Origin: Malacoraja senta
Lineage: Eukaryota
Direction: 5' to 3'
Length of the DNA: 64,000 nt
Assembly: GCA_038087875.1 (NCBI GenBank)
Contig: CM075986.1
Location: 2,542,001-2,606,000, forward strand
Position numbers and translations under genes: made by a program. The stretch's first letter is position 1, and every line of letters begins with the position of its first letter. Under the pieces are notes generated by a model that was not told the origin of the DNA, did not search any database, and saw only the letters and a program-made list of their open reading frames with translations. Positions 1 through 11,404 of the stretch are shown one piece after another.

Positions 1-24
1 GCCATAACTGAGTATCCTATTGTA

Positions 25-200
25 TCCTATTTTGAAGAGATAACAGAAGGGATCGATAAGGGGAGTGTACTATACTTAAGAAGGCTTTGCATAAAGTCTT
101 GTATAGTGATTCATGATTAAGGTTAAGGTTCGTGAAGTCTAGGAATTTGTAATCGAAGTGTAATATTTTACCTGCACAATTGGGTTTAAAGGCAGCTCTG
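25..200 (+). pseudogene. Highly decayed CR1 reverse transcriptase relic
   Basis: TTTGAAGAGATAACAGAAGGGATCGATAAGGGGAGTGTA reads FEEITEGIDKGSV, followed by a KKALHKV-like stretch. This aligns with FFEDVTSRVDRGEP..KAFDKV in the CR1 at 33323. Confidence 0.5.
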
Positions 201-299
201 TACGCTGGCAAAAGGTAGGAAATGGAGTCCCACAATGATTGGCAACATGATCACTGTCATTTACAGTTTACATAAATTATTTTGAGTCTGGAATCGTAT

Positions 300-676
300 T
301 TGTTCAGTTTCTTATTGTCATGTGTACCGAGGTACAATGGAAAGCTCTTGGGTTGCGTGCTGTCGAGTCAGCGAAAAGACTATACATGATTACAATCAAG
401 CCGCCCTCAGTGTACAGATGCAGGATAATAACGTTTAGTGCAAGTCCAATAAACTCTGATTAAAGATAGTTTGAGGGTCTCCAATGGGTATGTGGGAATC
501 AGGTCCGCTCTCCAGTTTGGTGATAGGATGGTTAAGTTGCTTGATTACAGCTGGGAAGAAACTGTCCCTGAATCTGGAGATATGCGTTTTCACACTTCTG
601 CACCTCTTGCCTGATTGGAGAGGGGAGAAGAGGGAGTAACCGGGGTGAGACTCATCCTTGATTATTCTGGTGGCCA
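300..676 (-). mobile_element. Rex1/Babar-type non-LTR retrotransposon, 3' fragment
   Basis: ORF 435-692 has IIKDESHPGYSLFSPLQSGKRCRSVKTHISRFRDSFFPAVIKQLN, the typical Rex1/Babar ORF2 C-terminus, followed by a 3' UTR ending in CACATGACAATAAG. A second copy is at 57880-58198. Confidence 0.8.
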
Positions 677-956
677 ATTTGAAAATGTTCAAGCACTGAA
701 TTGGTGCCTGTAGATGGGTCAGTCCAGTCTTGGGCCTACACCCCAGAGGTTCAAATTCAAATCAATTACCAAAGCTGTGGAGGAAATTTATGTTCAATTT
801 ATAATATGGATTTGGAACAATTGCTAGCTTAAGTAATGATGGCCACAACAAACTACAAGATTTTCAGAAAAAAATCGAGTTAGTTCACTCCAGTCCTTCA
901 GGTGAGGAAATTAATTCTCCTTGACCAGACTTCTACATAAATGGCCTCCTTATTAA

Positions 957-2033
957 AGGCCCGTCTCACGAATCTGCGGTCATTGGCGGCGAAACGGGAA
1001 GAATCTGCCGCCATAGACCGCGCACTCGTGAGAAAGAACAATTCCCGGGCCGTGCGACGGTGTTCCCAACACCGCGCGGTGCAAAAATAAAATCGACAAT
1101 GTCGAAAACACTATACTCACCGCACAACCTCCACCAGTGATGCACGAGTGCGCACGGCCGCTCGCACGGCCCGCCGCCAGTATGGCTCGAGCGCCGTGCG
1201 TCAAGCCTCCACTGCCACAGCCTCCGCCAGTGAGGCACGTGCCGCCGCCAGTGACGCACGTGTGCTGCACGGCCGCAGGCACAGCCACCGCTGCAGCGCC
1301 GCGATCTGGACAGCTGCCGCCACAGCCCATCAGATTCAAAATTTATAAAATAGACTTTTATAAAACTCATTCCTTTACTTTTTGTTTACCTGAAATAAAG
1401 ATGGCGTCAGGCTCGAGCTTTCCAGACTCTGCTCCAAATGGCGTCAGGCTCGAGCTTGACTCCTCTCAAAATGGACGTCCCCCTCCCTCCTTCCCTCCAA
1501 ATATGCTTATTTTCTTAAGAGTGGAAACATGTTCTACTCAACTGATGAAATAAAGATCTTTTGGGCAATTCTAAAGCTAACTATAAGGCCTGTCTCATGA
1601 GTCTGTGGTCATTTATAAAATAGACTTTTATAAAACACATTCATTTACTTTTTGTTTACCTGAAATAAAGATGGCGTCAGGCTCGAGATTTCCAGACTCT
1701 GCTCCAAATGGCGTCAGGCTCGAGCTTGAAAAAAAAAATGGACGTTCCCCTCCCTCCGTCCCTCCCGTCAAAGTCCGGGATCGCATGCTCGTTCGACAGG
1801 CCGTGCGATGATCACCCGACGTACGTGCAACAAAAGCTTCTGGTAAATCAACATTTTTTTTAACCTACCGCAAGCACGTGGGACCCGCCCTATTTGATTC
1901 ACTCGGCCCCCGCGCAGCATCCGCGCGATGCTCCGGTGGATAGGCTCGACGCTCTCGCCGTTGCCGCGCGGTCCTCGCTACCATCTACACCGCGCTTCAC
2001 CGCCGATGACCGCAAACAGGTAAGACACGGCCT
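957..2033. mobile_element. Composite non-autonomous TIR element, PIF/Harbinger-like
   Basis: Imperfect ~36-bp TIRs: AGGCCCGTCTCACGAATCTGCGGTCATTGGCGGCGAA versus the reverse complement of TTCACCGCCGATGACCGCAAACAGGTAAGACACGGCCT. TAA flanks both sides (954-956, 2034-2036). There is an extra left-TIR copy at 1586 and an internal direct repeat 1342-1497 / 1611-1766. Confidence 0.75.
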
Positions 2034-2203
2034 TAAATCTCTCAGTTCTACCACCACTACCATCCATTTGATCAGAGGAATAAATTGGATGGACCCCCTC
2101 ATGTCAACCTTTGCAACCTATGCTACCCAATCAATTTGCAAAGTCCTCCTCACTAACATCGCCGGATTAGTGCTTGGGTTGGGAGAGTTGATCCACAATC
2201 ATT

Positions 2204-2502
2204 GGGGCGGCACAGTGGTGCAGCGGAAGAGTTGCTGCCTTACAGCACCTGAGACCCGGGTTTGATCCTGAATATGGGTGCTGTCTGTGCAGAGTTTGCA
2301 CATTATCCCTATGACCATGTGGATTTTCTCCAGGTGCTCCGGTTTCCCCACATTCCAAAGACATGCAGGTATGTAGGTTAATTGGCTTCGGTAAATTGCC
2401 GCCTAGCATGTACAATAGAACTAGTGATCCCTGGTTGGCATGGACTCGGTGGGCCGAAGGGCCTGGTTCCACACTGTATCTCTAAACTAAACTAAAACTA
2501 AA
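2204..2502 (+). mobile_element. V-SINE (HE1-like, tRNA-derived)
   Basis: A-box TGGTGCAGCGG, B-box GGGTTTGATCC, V core GGTGCTCCGGTTTCCCCACATTCCAAAGAC, CR1-type tail GGGCCGAAGGGCCTG, (TAAAC)n end. Confidence 0.9.
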
Positions 2503-2539
2503 TCAAGTTGAACAATAATTATCCTCATCGAATCACTTA

Positions 2540-3294
2540 CGGGCCTGTCCCACTTAGGCGACTTTTTAGGCGACTAAAGGAGATTATGCGGTCGCCACAT
2601 AGTCGCCACATGTTCACGGGTCATTGCCGGGAAGTCAACTTCAAGGTCGTGAGGAGTTCCCGCATTCTCGGAACTAGGCACATGATGAAAAATTAGCGGC
2701 AACCAGAATGAAGCCGCCATGGAGAGTAGCGAGAATTCCCGTGCCATAGATGCAGTGGTAGTGGGTCACCAGAAGGTCGTAGGTTGTCGCCGGTGCTGAC
2801 CGGTGAATTTCATTGCTCATTGGGAAAAAAAACGTAAACAGTAGTTTTCAGAACCAAGGATAACCGACCGGTAATGTTAATGTCCGCCGAGCTTCACAGC
2901 CGTGTATCTCTGGCTTCTTAAAAGTTGTTTCCACTCCTTCTCCCCACCCCATCTCTCCCTTCTCCTCCCTCTTTTAAAGGAAGTGACCCTTCCCGTACAC
3001 TGTGCTTCCACCATCTTAATTACAGCTCCAACCTTCGTGTTCATCGTGGTGTGTGTCTGTATCACATTGGCTTTCCACCGTGTGAATTTCATTCAGACAG
3101 TGCTTGCCCCGCTTTCCCTGTTCCCGGCCTGCATAACTAGCTGGTGAAGGAAGCGATGTGTGTATGTGTGTGTGTGTTCCACTCTGGCCATCGCCGTTCC
3201 AGTCGCTGTTCCAGTCGCCCGGTTTTCAGCAACCGGCTACGACTTGACTGTCGCCGGCAGTCGCCTGAAAAATCTCCTAAGTGGGACAGGCCCA
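2540..3294 (+). mobile_element. PIF/Harbinger-type MITE, copy 1
   Basis: TIR GGGCCTGTCCCACTTAGG / CCTAAGTGGGACAGGCCC and TTA duplication (2537-2539, 3295-3297). No transposase ORF. Internal sequence is shared with 23906-24681 and 28184-28745. Confidence 0.9.
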
Positions 3295-3629
3295 TTACAG
3301 TATTACTTACAGACAACGTGTTAGACTCTTCTATCATAATCCCTGGATATATCCTGGCTCACCAGCAAAACCGTCCCACCAGAGGTGGTCGCACATTCAT
3401 CTACAATGCATCTCCTCTTAGTTAATTCTATCTGGCACATTTATAGTGATGCATAACATGCCAAGGGTCGTCCTTGATGTGAAGAGGGAAGTATAATTGG
3501 AGAACTTAATATTAACTCCAGACTCGATCTGATCTCCTGGCATCAGGTTAAGCATGGACATGGAAACCTGATTCATCTCAATGATCAATTTCTACTTCCT
3601 TCCTTCCTACACCCAATAACACAGAACCA

Positions 3630-3921
3630 TCCATACAGCATGGAAACAGGCCATTCGACCCGCTGTCCACGCCCGCTTTCAATCACCTGTTCATGTTAGA
3701 CCTACGTTCTCATCCACTGCCTATACACAGGGACAATTTTATAGCGGCCAATTAAGTTACAAACTCGCACGTCTTTGGGGTGCGGGAGGAAATCAGAGCA
3801 CCCAGAGAAAAGCCATGAGGCACAGGGAGATTGTGCAAACTCCACACACAGAGTACCCGAGATCAGGATCAAACCCTGGCACTCTGAGACAGCATCTCTA
3901 CCAGCTGCAACACTGTACCGC
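3630..3921 (-). mobile_element. V-SINE, older copy
   Basis: Reverse complement of the SINE head, V core and tail (GGAAACAGGCC...GATCAGGATCAAACCC). Confidence 0.8.
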
Positions 3922-3968
3922 AGAACCTTCATTACGTAATATCTGTTAAATAATATCAATCTCAGCTC

Positions 3969-4201
3969 NNNNNNNNNNNNNNNNNNNNNNNNNNNNNNNN
4001 NNNNNNNNNNNNNNNNNNNNNNNNNNNNNNNNNNNNNNNNNNNNNNNNNNNNNNNNNNNNNNNNNNNNNNNNNNNNNNNNNNNNNNNNNNNNNNNNNNNN
4101 NNNNNNNNNNNNNNNNNNNNNNNNNNNNNNNNNNNNNNNNNNNNNNNNNNNNNNNNNNNNNNNNNNNNNNNNNNNNNNNNNNNNNNNNNNNNNNNNNNNN
4201 N
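3969..4201. other. Assembly gap (N run) hiding the left terminus of the Tc1 element
   Basis: Run of N. Confidence 1.
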
Positions 4202-5802
4202 TTTTCATACCCCTTGAACCTTTCCACATTTTGTCACGTTACAACCACAAACGTAAATGTATTTTATTGGGATTTTATGTGATAGACCAACACAAAGTGG
4301 TGCATATTTGTGAAGTGGAAGGAAAATGATACATGGTTTTCAAATTTTTTTACAAATAAAAAACTGAAAAGTGTCGCGTGCAAAAGTATTCAGCCCCCCT
4401 GAGTCAATACTTTGTAGAACCACCTTTCGCTGCAATTACAGCTGCAAGTCTTTTGGGGTATGTCTCTACCAGCTTTGCACATCTAAAGACTGAAATTTTT
4501 GCCCATTCTTCTTTGCAAAATAGCTCCAGCTCAGTCAGATTGGATGGAGAGCGTCTGTGAACAGCAATTTTCAAGTCTTGCCAGAGATTCTCAATTGGAT
4601 TTAGGTCTGGACTTTGACTGGGCCATTCTAACACATGAATATGCTTTGATCTAAACCATTCCATTGTAGCTCTGGCTGTATGTTTAGGGTCGTTGTCCTG
4701 CTGGAAGGTGAACCTCCGCCCCAGTCTCAAGTCTTTTGCAGACTCTAACAGGATTTCTTTCAAGATTGCCCCGTATTTGGCTCCATCCATCTTCCCATCA
4801 ACTCTGACCAGCTTCCCTGTCCCTGCTGAAGAAAAGCATCCCCACAGCATGATGCTGCCACCACCATGTTTCACAGTGGGGATGGTGTGTTCAGGGTGAT
4901 GTGTAGTGTTAGGTTTCCGCCACACATAGCGTTTTGCATTTAGGCCAAAAACTTCAATTTTGGTCTCATCTGACCAGAGCACCTTCCTCCACATGTTTGC
5001 TGTGTCCCCCACATGGCTTGTGGCAAACTGCAAACGGGACTTCTTATGGCTTTTTTTCAACAATGTCTTTCTTCTTGCCACTCTTCCATAAAGGCCCGAT
5101 TTGTGGAGTGCACGACTAATAGTTGTCCTGTGGACAGATTCTCCCACCTGAGCTGTGGATCTCTGCAGCTCCTCCAGAGTTACCATGGGCCTCTTGGCTG
5201 CTTCTCTGATCAATGCTCTCCTTGCCCGGCCTGGCAGTTTAGGTGGACGGCCATGTCTTGGTAGGTTTGCAGTTGTGCCATACTCTTTCCATTTTCGGAT
5301 GATGGATTGAACAGTGCTCCGTGAGATGTTCAAAGCTTGGGATATTTGTTTATAACCTAACCCTGCTTTAAACTTCTCCACAAATTTATCCCTGACCTGT
5401 CTGGTGTGTTCCTTGTGCTTCATGATGCTGTTTGTTCACTAATGTTCTCTAACAAACCTCTGAGGCCTTCACAGAACAGCTGTATTTATACTGAGATTAG
5501 ATTACACACAAGTGGACTCTATTTACTAATTAGGTGACTTCTGAAGGCAATTGGTTGCACTGGATTTTATTTAGGGGTATCAGAGTAAAGGGGGCTGAAA
5601 ACTTTTGCACGTGACACTTTTCAGTTTTTTATTTGTAAAAAAATTTGAAAACCATGTATCATTTTCCTTCCACTTCACAATTATGCGCCACTTCGTGTTG
5701 GTCTATCACATAAAATCCCAATAAAATACATTTACGTTTGTGGTTGTAACGTGACAAAATGTGGAAAAGTTCAAGGGGTATGAATACTTTTGCAAGCCAC
5801 TG
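4202..5802 (-). mobile_element. Tc1-family DNA transposon, IR/DR type (Passport/Eagle-like), near full length
   Basis: ~210-bp inverted repeats (4202-4399 and 5590-5802, about 6 mismatches). The complete right IR has both the outer CAAAAGTATTCATACCCC and inner CAAAAGT(A/T)TTCAGCCCCC direct repeats; on the left the outer one runs into the gap. The right end is CACTG followed by TA (5803-5804). It encloses a transposase ORF. Confidence 0.96.
4404..5423 (-). CDS. Tc1 transposase, 339 aa, DD34E, uninterrupted ORF
   Basis: Paired-like HTH N-terminus, GRPPK AT-hook, [17 protein letters not shown] and [15 protein letters not shown], with 34 residues between the second D and E, ending KGGSTKY. Confidence 0.95.
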   Translation of the reverse strand: MKHKEHTRQVRDKFVEKFKAGLGYKQISQALNISRSTVQSIIRKWKEYGTTANLPRHGRPPKLPGRARRALIREAAKRPMVTLEELQRSTAQVGESVHRTTISRALHKSGLYGRVARRKTLLKKSHKKSRLQFATSHVGDTANMWRKVLWSDETKIEVFGLNAKRYVWRKPNTTHHPEHTIPTVKHGGGSIMLWGCFSSAGTGKLVRVDGKMDGAKYGAILKEILLESAKDLRLGRRFTFQQDNDPKHTARATMEWFRSKHIHVLEWPSQSPDLNPIENLWQDLKIAVHRRSPSNLTELELFCKEEWAKISVFRCAKLVETYPKRLAAVIAAKGGSTKY

Positions 5803-5858
5803 TATGTGTGTGTGTATATATGTGTGTATATATATGTGTATGTGTATATATATATATA
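5803..5858. repeat. (TG)n/(TA)n microsatellite at the Tc1 insertion site
   Basis: TATGTGTGTGTGTATATATGTGTG...TATATATATA. Confidence 0.9.
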
Positions 5859-7423
5859 CTGTTATTGAACATGCACTTATCAAAAATAGAAAAGTTCCAT
5901 AAATATGGGTTTGTAAAATTACCCATTCACGGGCTTGAGATTCAGAACACTACCTTGGCAATGGCAACACTAATGGCAATGATTTCCTTCTTTAATAGAC
6001 AGACATTCCAACCAATTAATCTCATTTATGTGACAGCCAGCTCCACTCATTTAAGGTCAAGAATTGTATCACTCACAATTGATGCCTTTCAAGGATGATT
6101 TAAGAGAATTGTACCATGCTCATTCTCCCTCTGAACTGTATTTATCCAATCGAACCATTCATAAATATTCATTATTTTGAAATACAGATCTTAAATGAAG
6201 GGAAATGTGGCTGCATGTTAATGTGATTGACTGAGGTGGTGGAGTGTTGTAAATCTATTTAAAGTATCACTGGCCTAAAACAACACCGATTATCGCTGTA
6301 AATGTATCCTCTGGGTATGTTTGCCATGATACTGCATCTGGCAAGTTGGGGGATACATAGTCTGATCGGAATCTACGTTGAAACAGCAGATAACATTTGA
6401 GATATAGAGCCATGAAATCTTTCAGCCAAGAAAGCCCATTTAGCCCATCATGTCTCTGACAAGATTAATTAAAAATTAATTGCATTGCCTTTAGCACATC
6501 CTATTATTCTTTCCATCCTTGTTTGTTTAAATTACATGCATCCAGTTTTCCCTTTCAGTTCACTTTAGTTTACGGTCACGTGTACTGAGGTACAGTGAAA
6601 AGCTTTTGCTGCGTGCTATCCAGTCCTAACCTTGAAGATGAAATACCATTTGTATGAGTGATTCACTGGCACATGGTGTCAATGGCCCAGATATCGCTCG
6701 GTTAATACATCTATTCCAACATACCAGAAAGATAATTTTAACTTCATCTTTCCTGATCTGAGACTCCCTAACTAGAACGAATGATCTTTTCAACTTATAC
6801 ACACTGAACTGTTTTTCTCCCGTTATGTACTATGTTTACATACTCTGTTGTGCTGCAGCAAGCAAGAATGTCATTGTCCTATCTGGGACATTTCACAATA
6901 AAACACCCTTGACTTGATTATTAATACTTTCAGGGCATTTTCTGACATAACCACAACAGGCAGTGTGTTAAAGGGAATAGATTATAGGACTCAAAGAAAA
7001 CGATCTGTTTTTCAAACAAATAAGTTTTAAAAAATGAAAATTAAAAGGAGAAAACAGAAACAACATCAACCTCTCCCAAAACCAGCATAATAACACCAGA
7101 AAATTGACACTCGATTCCCATCACCTTATGGTCAGAATATGTTGATTATAAAGCTATCAAAATTACAGTTGCTCCTCTTGTCAATGAGTGGGTAACCGTG
7201 GAAGGTGTCCTTTATAGTTTCTCCATCAACATCCTCTTTCATCATTCCAATAATTATAAGCTACCATTTTGGATGATTTTTGTCTATCCTGACGTACTGG
7301 CCATTGATTGAGAAATGAAATATAACCTATAAGATTATACATTTTAGATAAATATTCTTCCGTTCAAATAAATTATCTGATATTGTTGTTTCATTCAGTA
7401 CTTTGATAGTTGTGCAGAAGAGT

Positions 7424-7734
7424 GGGTGGAACAATGGCACAGCGGTAGAGTTCCAGCCTTATAGCGCCAAAGACCCGGGTTCAATCCTGACTACGGGTGC
7501 TGTTTCTAGGGAGTTTCTACGTTCTCTTCGTAACCGCATAGCTTTCCTCCAGGTGCTCCAGTTTCCACCCACATTCCAAAGGCATACAGCTTTGCAGGTT
7601 AATTGGCTTTGGTAAAATATTGTAAATTGTCCCTAGTGTGTAGGATAGTGCTAGTGTACGGGGTGATCGCTGGTTTGCGCGGACTCAATGGGCTGAAGGG
7701 CCTGTTTTGGCCCGGTTCTCTAAACTAAACTAAA
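7424..7734 (+). mobile_element. V-SINE
   Basis: A/B boxes (TGGCACAGCGG, GGGTTCAATCC), V core, (TAAAC)n tail. Confidence 0.9.
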
Positions 7735-8734
7735 GTTGTCACAAATGCTCAGTGAATGAGGCACCTTGCAATAACATGAACAATAAAATCAATTTTTGAT
7801 ACAAAAGGAGGCAGCATGTTTGCAAAAGGCACTCACATCAGCAACAGAAAACCTTAGTCGAAAAATGAGATGAAAAAGTTCTGTTTACTCAACTGTGATA
7901 AATCTTAGCACCAATGAACTCTGAAATGGTGGGATTATTGGTAGCCTTTATTAGATTTCTTACTTTCTTCCCCGGTGATTGCATTCTGCAGAAGTTATTT
8001 AGTGCATGTTCTAAAGGGGCGTTTCTATTACAAAACTTCTGATGAACGGTGTTACATCAATAAACTAACTCGCAGTCTGTTGTGGATTGCTACTGGAGAT
8101 ATAGATTTATCTATTTCAAGAGTTCAATTAATTTGCAGCAGGTATGTAGCCTGAGAAGCTGTAGAGTAAGCTGAAGCTTGGTTCTGCTGTGCTTTGTTTG
8201 AAACCTGCTTGTTCATAGCTGATGCCTGTATCATTGCAAAACAAAGGTTAAAAATCTCAAACTGGCAAACATTTGTTTTTTCCGGCGATCTGCTGGCTGC
8301 AGATCTTTAATGGGATGGGATTGACAAAGCAGTTAAGTACCTGCCTGGAGCTGTAAACTTGTTGAGTTCTGTGGACATTACCCTAATTTTAGGAAGAGGC
8401 CATGTGAGGCATTTCCTTGTCATGCAGACGACACTTTGATGAGCTCAAATCCCACTGAAGCGGAAAATGGTCACTCTCAAATCCAAGTGAAGACCTAATG
8501 TTAAACAGCTCCAAATACTTACGGCCATTCACTGGGCCTTCAACCATTATTGAAATAAAAATAGATATGGCATCAGAAGGTCACAGCAAGTCTAATCGTA
8601 TCCTCTTGCACCGCCAATCTCATGCCTATCTTTAGGACTTAGGTAAGTTTGTTTACTTTTCATTATTTCACATATTTATGGTTAATTAATGATTAAAATT
8701 GCCATGTGCTTTCAAATACATTCATCATTTTAAT

Positions 8735-8975
8735 GGAGATGCGAGGAATTTATTTAGCCAGAGGGTGGTGGATCTGTGGAATTCATTACCATAGATGGCT
8801 CTGGTAATCATTTTTAAAGATTTATAGGCTCTTGATTAGAAAGGACATCAAAAGTTACAGGGAGAAGGCAGAGGAATGGGGTTGAGAGGGAAAAATAGAT
8901 CAGCCATGATCAAATGGCTGAGTAGACCCGATGGACTGAATGGCCTAAATCTGCTACTTTGTCTTACAATCTTAA
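8735..8975 (+). mobile_element. CR1 LINE 3' fragment
   Basis: Aligns with 35205-35460 (CAGAGGGTGGTG..TCTGTGGAATTC, GATCAGCCATGATC). Confidence 0.8.
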
Positions 8976-9081
8976 TTTATTTTTACTTTTTGGGAAGCAA
9001 TTATTTATGTTTTAAATTATTTCTGGCACAACCTGAAGGGGTGTGATGGTAGCTCAACAACTGCAAGATATTCGGGTAACA

Positions 9082-9159
9082 GAAGGGTGTCAACCCGAAA
9101 TGTCACCCATTCCTTCTATCCAGAGATGCTGCCTGTTACTCCAGCATTTTGTGTCTATG
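9082..9159 (+). mobile_element. Penelope pLTR-derived hammerhead unit, truncated, with probable TSD
   Basis: GAAGGGTGTCAACCCGAAATGTCACCC...CCAGCATTTTGTGTCTA, flanked by TTCGGGTAACA (9071-9081) and TTTGGGTAACA (9160-9170). Confidence 0.7.
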
Positions 9160-9497
9160 TTTGGGTAACATATGGCTTTCCTGGTTGCAGATCTTTGATG
9201 GGATTCACAAAGGAATTAAGAACTACATTGTGGTGTGGTGAATGTGGCAATGCACACATACAATAGTAGACCACCTTAAAATGATAACATTTTCAGCACA
9301 ATGCATGAAAGTATTGTGCTTCACAAAAAAATATATTTGCATGACATTTGCAGTCAACGAGGAAGCAATAACACTCAAAAAACTGTCACGAGTTCCTTGG
9401 GACCTCAGTGGCATGGACTTGCTCTTTCCTCACCTCAACAGCTGTCAGATATTCGTTCAAGGGGATCTCTGACATTGAGCGACTGTGTTTTCATCAA

Positions 9498-9596
9498 AGA
9501 TAGACACAAAACATTGGAGTAACTCAGCGGGTCAGGCAGCATCTCCAGAGGAAAGGAACCGGTGACGTTTTGGGTCGAGACCCTTGTTCAGACCCT
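9498..9596 (-). mobile_element. Penelope pLTR-derived hammerhead unit
   Basis: Minus strand GTCTGAACAAGGGTCTCGACCCAAAACGTCACC (two core substitutions). Flanks are TGTTTTCATCAA / TGTTTTCACGAA. Confidence 0.75.
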
Positions 9597-10261
9597 TGTT
9601 TTCACGAAGCTGGTTGAGCAGCCGATCACATTCACAGAGTTTTCTGGGGAAATGCGCACATTTTCCAGTGTAACTGTGGAAAAGTGTGACAGTGGAACAG
9701 TCCTCTTTGGAATATGCCGATGAACATTGAAAACTCAAAGTCGCAAATGGGGTGGGGGGTTGCTGCTAATTCTCCAACTGTGCTTCAATGCTGCACTCCT
9801 GAAAACCTCCCCACCACTAATGTTGGTGGAATCTAAGCAAGTATCATGCACCAGGTTGGAACTGAAAGTGCTTTGCCATGAATATCAGTGAGCGGTTGGT
9901 ATTCAGATGGATTTAATTAGTTGTGTTTTAATGTGATTTATTTTTAAAAAAAAACATTTTAAAGGAATTCAATTTCAATTCAATAAAATTAAGGTAATGA
10001 CAATGGCATGTACGAGGCTTTTAGATCGACACATGGATGTGCATGGAGGGATATAGATCATGTCCAGGCAAATGAGATTAGTTTAGTCTGGCATTATTCA
10101 TGTTGGGCATGGACATTGTCAGCTAAAGGGTCTGTTCCTGTGGGTTACTGCTCTGAGTATGTTCTACATAATTGTTTTTGTTGCTTTAAGCATTTATTTA
10201 CTGTCTAGATAAGTCTGGATAGGTCATCTTTCATGGCTGTTAATGTTCCTCATCTTTAGAG

Positions 10262-10725
10262 AGTCATAGTCATAGAGTGTGGAAACAGGCCCTACAGCCG
10301 AACTTGCCCACACTGATCAACATATCCCATCTATACTAGTCCCACCTGCCTGCGTTTGACCCATATTGCTCTAAACCTATCCTTTCCATGTACCTATCTA
10401 ATTATTTCTTAAACATTATAATGATACTTGCCTCAAATACCTCCCCTGACTGCTCATTCCATACACCCACCATTCTTTGTGCGAATAAGTTACCCCTCGG
10501 GTTCCTATTAATTCTTTCTCCCAACACCTTAAACCTATGTCCTCTGGTACTCTATTCCCCTACTCTGGGCAAAAAGACTCTGTGTTTACCTGATTAATTC
10601 TTCTCATGATTTTGCACGCCTCTATAAGATTACCGCTCAACCTCTTGCACTCCAGGGAATGGAGTCCTAACCTGTTGAACCTCTCCTTTATCTCGTCCCT
10701 GAGTCCTGGCAGTGTCCTCGTAACT
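10262..10725 (-). mobile_element. CR1 (HER1-like) LINE 3' fragment
   Basis: Minus strand carries decayed C-terminal ORF2 sequence and the tail GGGCCTGTTTCCACACTCTATGACTATGACTC, which is shared with the SINEs. Confidence 0.85.
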
Positions 10726-11095
10726 TTCTCAGAATACACTTTCGGATTTCTTTCCCTCCCAATAAGATTGCATTATGTTGTGAAAGCCCCTTTTCATGCC
10801 TGGAGCCTCACGACAAGGGATCCAGCTGACTGCACCACCACTCGTGAGTCTGATCATACCTGGTAAACCATAGCTTATGATCAGCCATGATGTAAGAGCA
10901 CAGGCTGGAGAGGCTGCAATGCCTCTCTTATACAATGTATTCATCCAAGAATGGACCAGGAAGTTTAAGAGATATCAGCATGATTTACAAAGCAAAGAAC
11001 GTTTAAATTGAGTTTCAAGCTTTATGGCCCAAACACAGGCAAATGGGAATAGCTGGAAAGAGGCATCTTGGTTAGCAGGCAGGAGTTGGGTTGAA

Positions 11096-11404
11096 GGGTG
11101 GCACGGTGATGCAGCGGTAGAGTTGCTGCCTTACAGCGCTTGCAGCGCCAGAGACGTGGGTTTGATCCTGACTACAGGTGCTGTCTCTAAGGGGTTTGTA
11201 CGTTCTCCCCGTGACCTGCATGGGTTTTCTCCAAGATCTTCGGTTTCCTCCTACACTCCAAAGACGCACCAGTTTTGTAGGTTAATTGGCTTGGGTGTAA
11301 GTGTAAATTCTCTTGTATGTGTAGGAGAGTGTTAATGTGTGGGGATTACTGATCGGTGGGCCGAAGGGCCTGTTTCCCCGCTGTACTGTATTTCTAAACT
11401 AAAC
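11096..11404 (+). mobile_element. V-SINE inserted into a HER1-like tail (11020-11435)
   Basis: Full SINE. The flanks rejoin as GGGTTGAAG|GGCCCTGTTTCTGTCCTGTATGACTCTA. Confidence 0.88.

Larger units (their letters stand above)
745..3600 (+). mobile_element. Ancient CR1/L2-group LINE 5' region (APE endonuclease relic) split by three younger insertions
   Basis: Removing 957-2033, 2204-2502 and 2540-3294 joins KVLLTNIAGLVLGLGEL / IILIES / LTDNVLDSSIIIPGYILAHQQNRPTRGGRTFIY / ISWHQVKHGHGNL. These are APE motifs in order (NxxGL, TExxL, GY..RxxRGG). The 5' boundary at 745 is an estimate. Confidence 0.6.

Noticed and set aside
966-1553. Overlapping 119-138 aa ORFs on both strands suggesting a GC-rich first exon
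   Set aside because: They lie inside a TIR-bounded element, are low-complexity, and are open on both strands simply because GC-rich DNA has few stops.
2204-2280. tRNA-like A and B boxes here and at about 19 other sites
   Set aside because: Each continues into a V core and LINE-type tail and does not complete a cloverleaf. These are SINE heads, not tRNA genes.
3702-4229. Long ORFs crossing N runs (also 43637-44013)
   Set aside because: Artefacts of translating assembly gaps.
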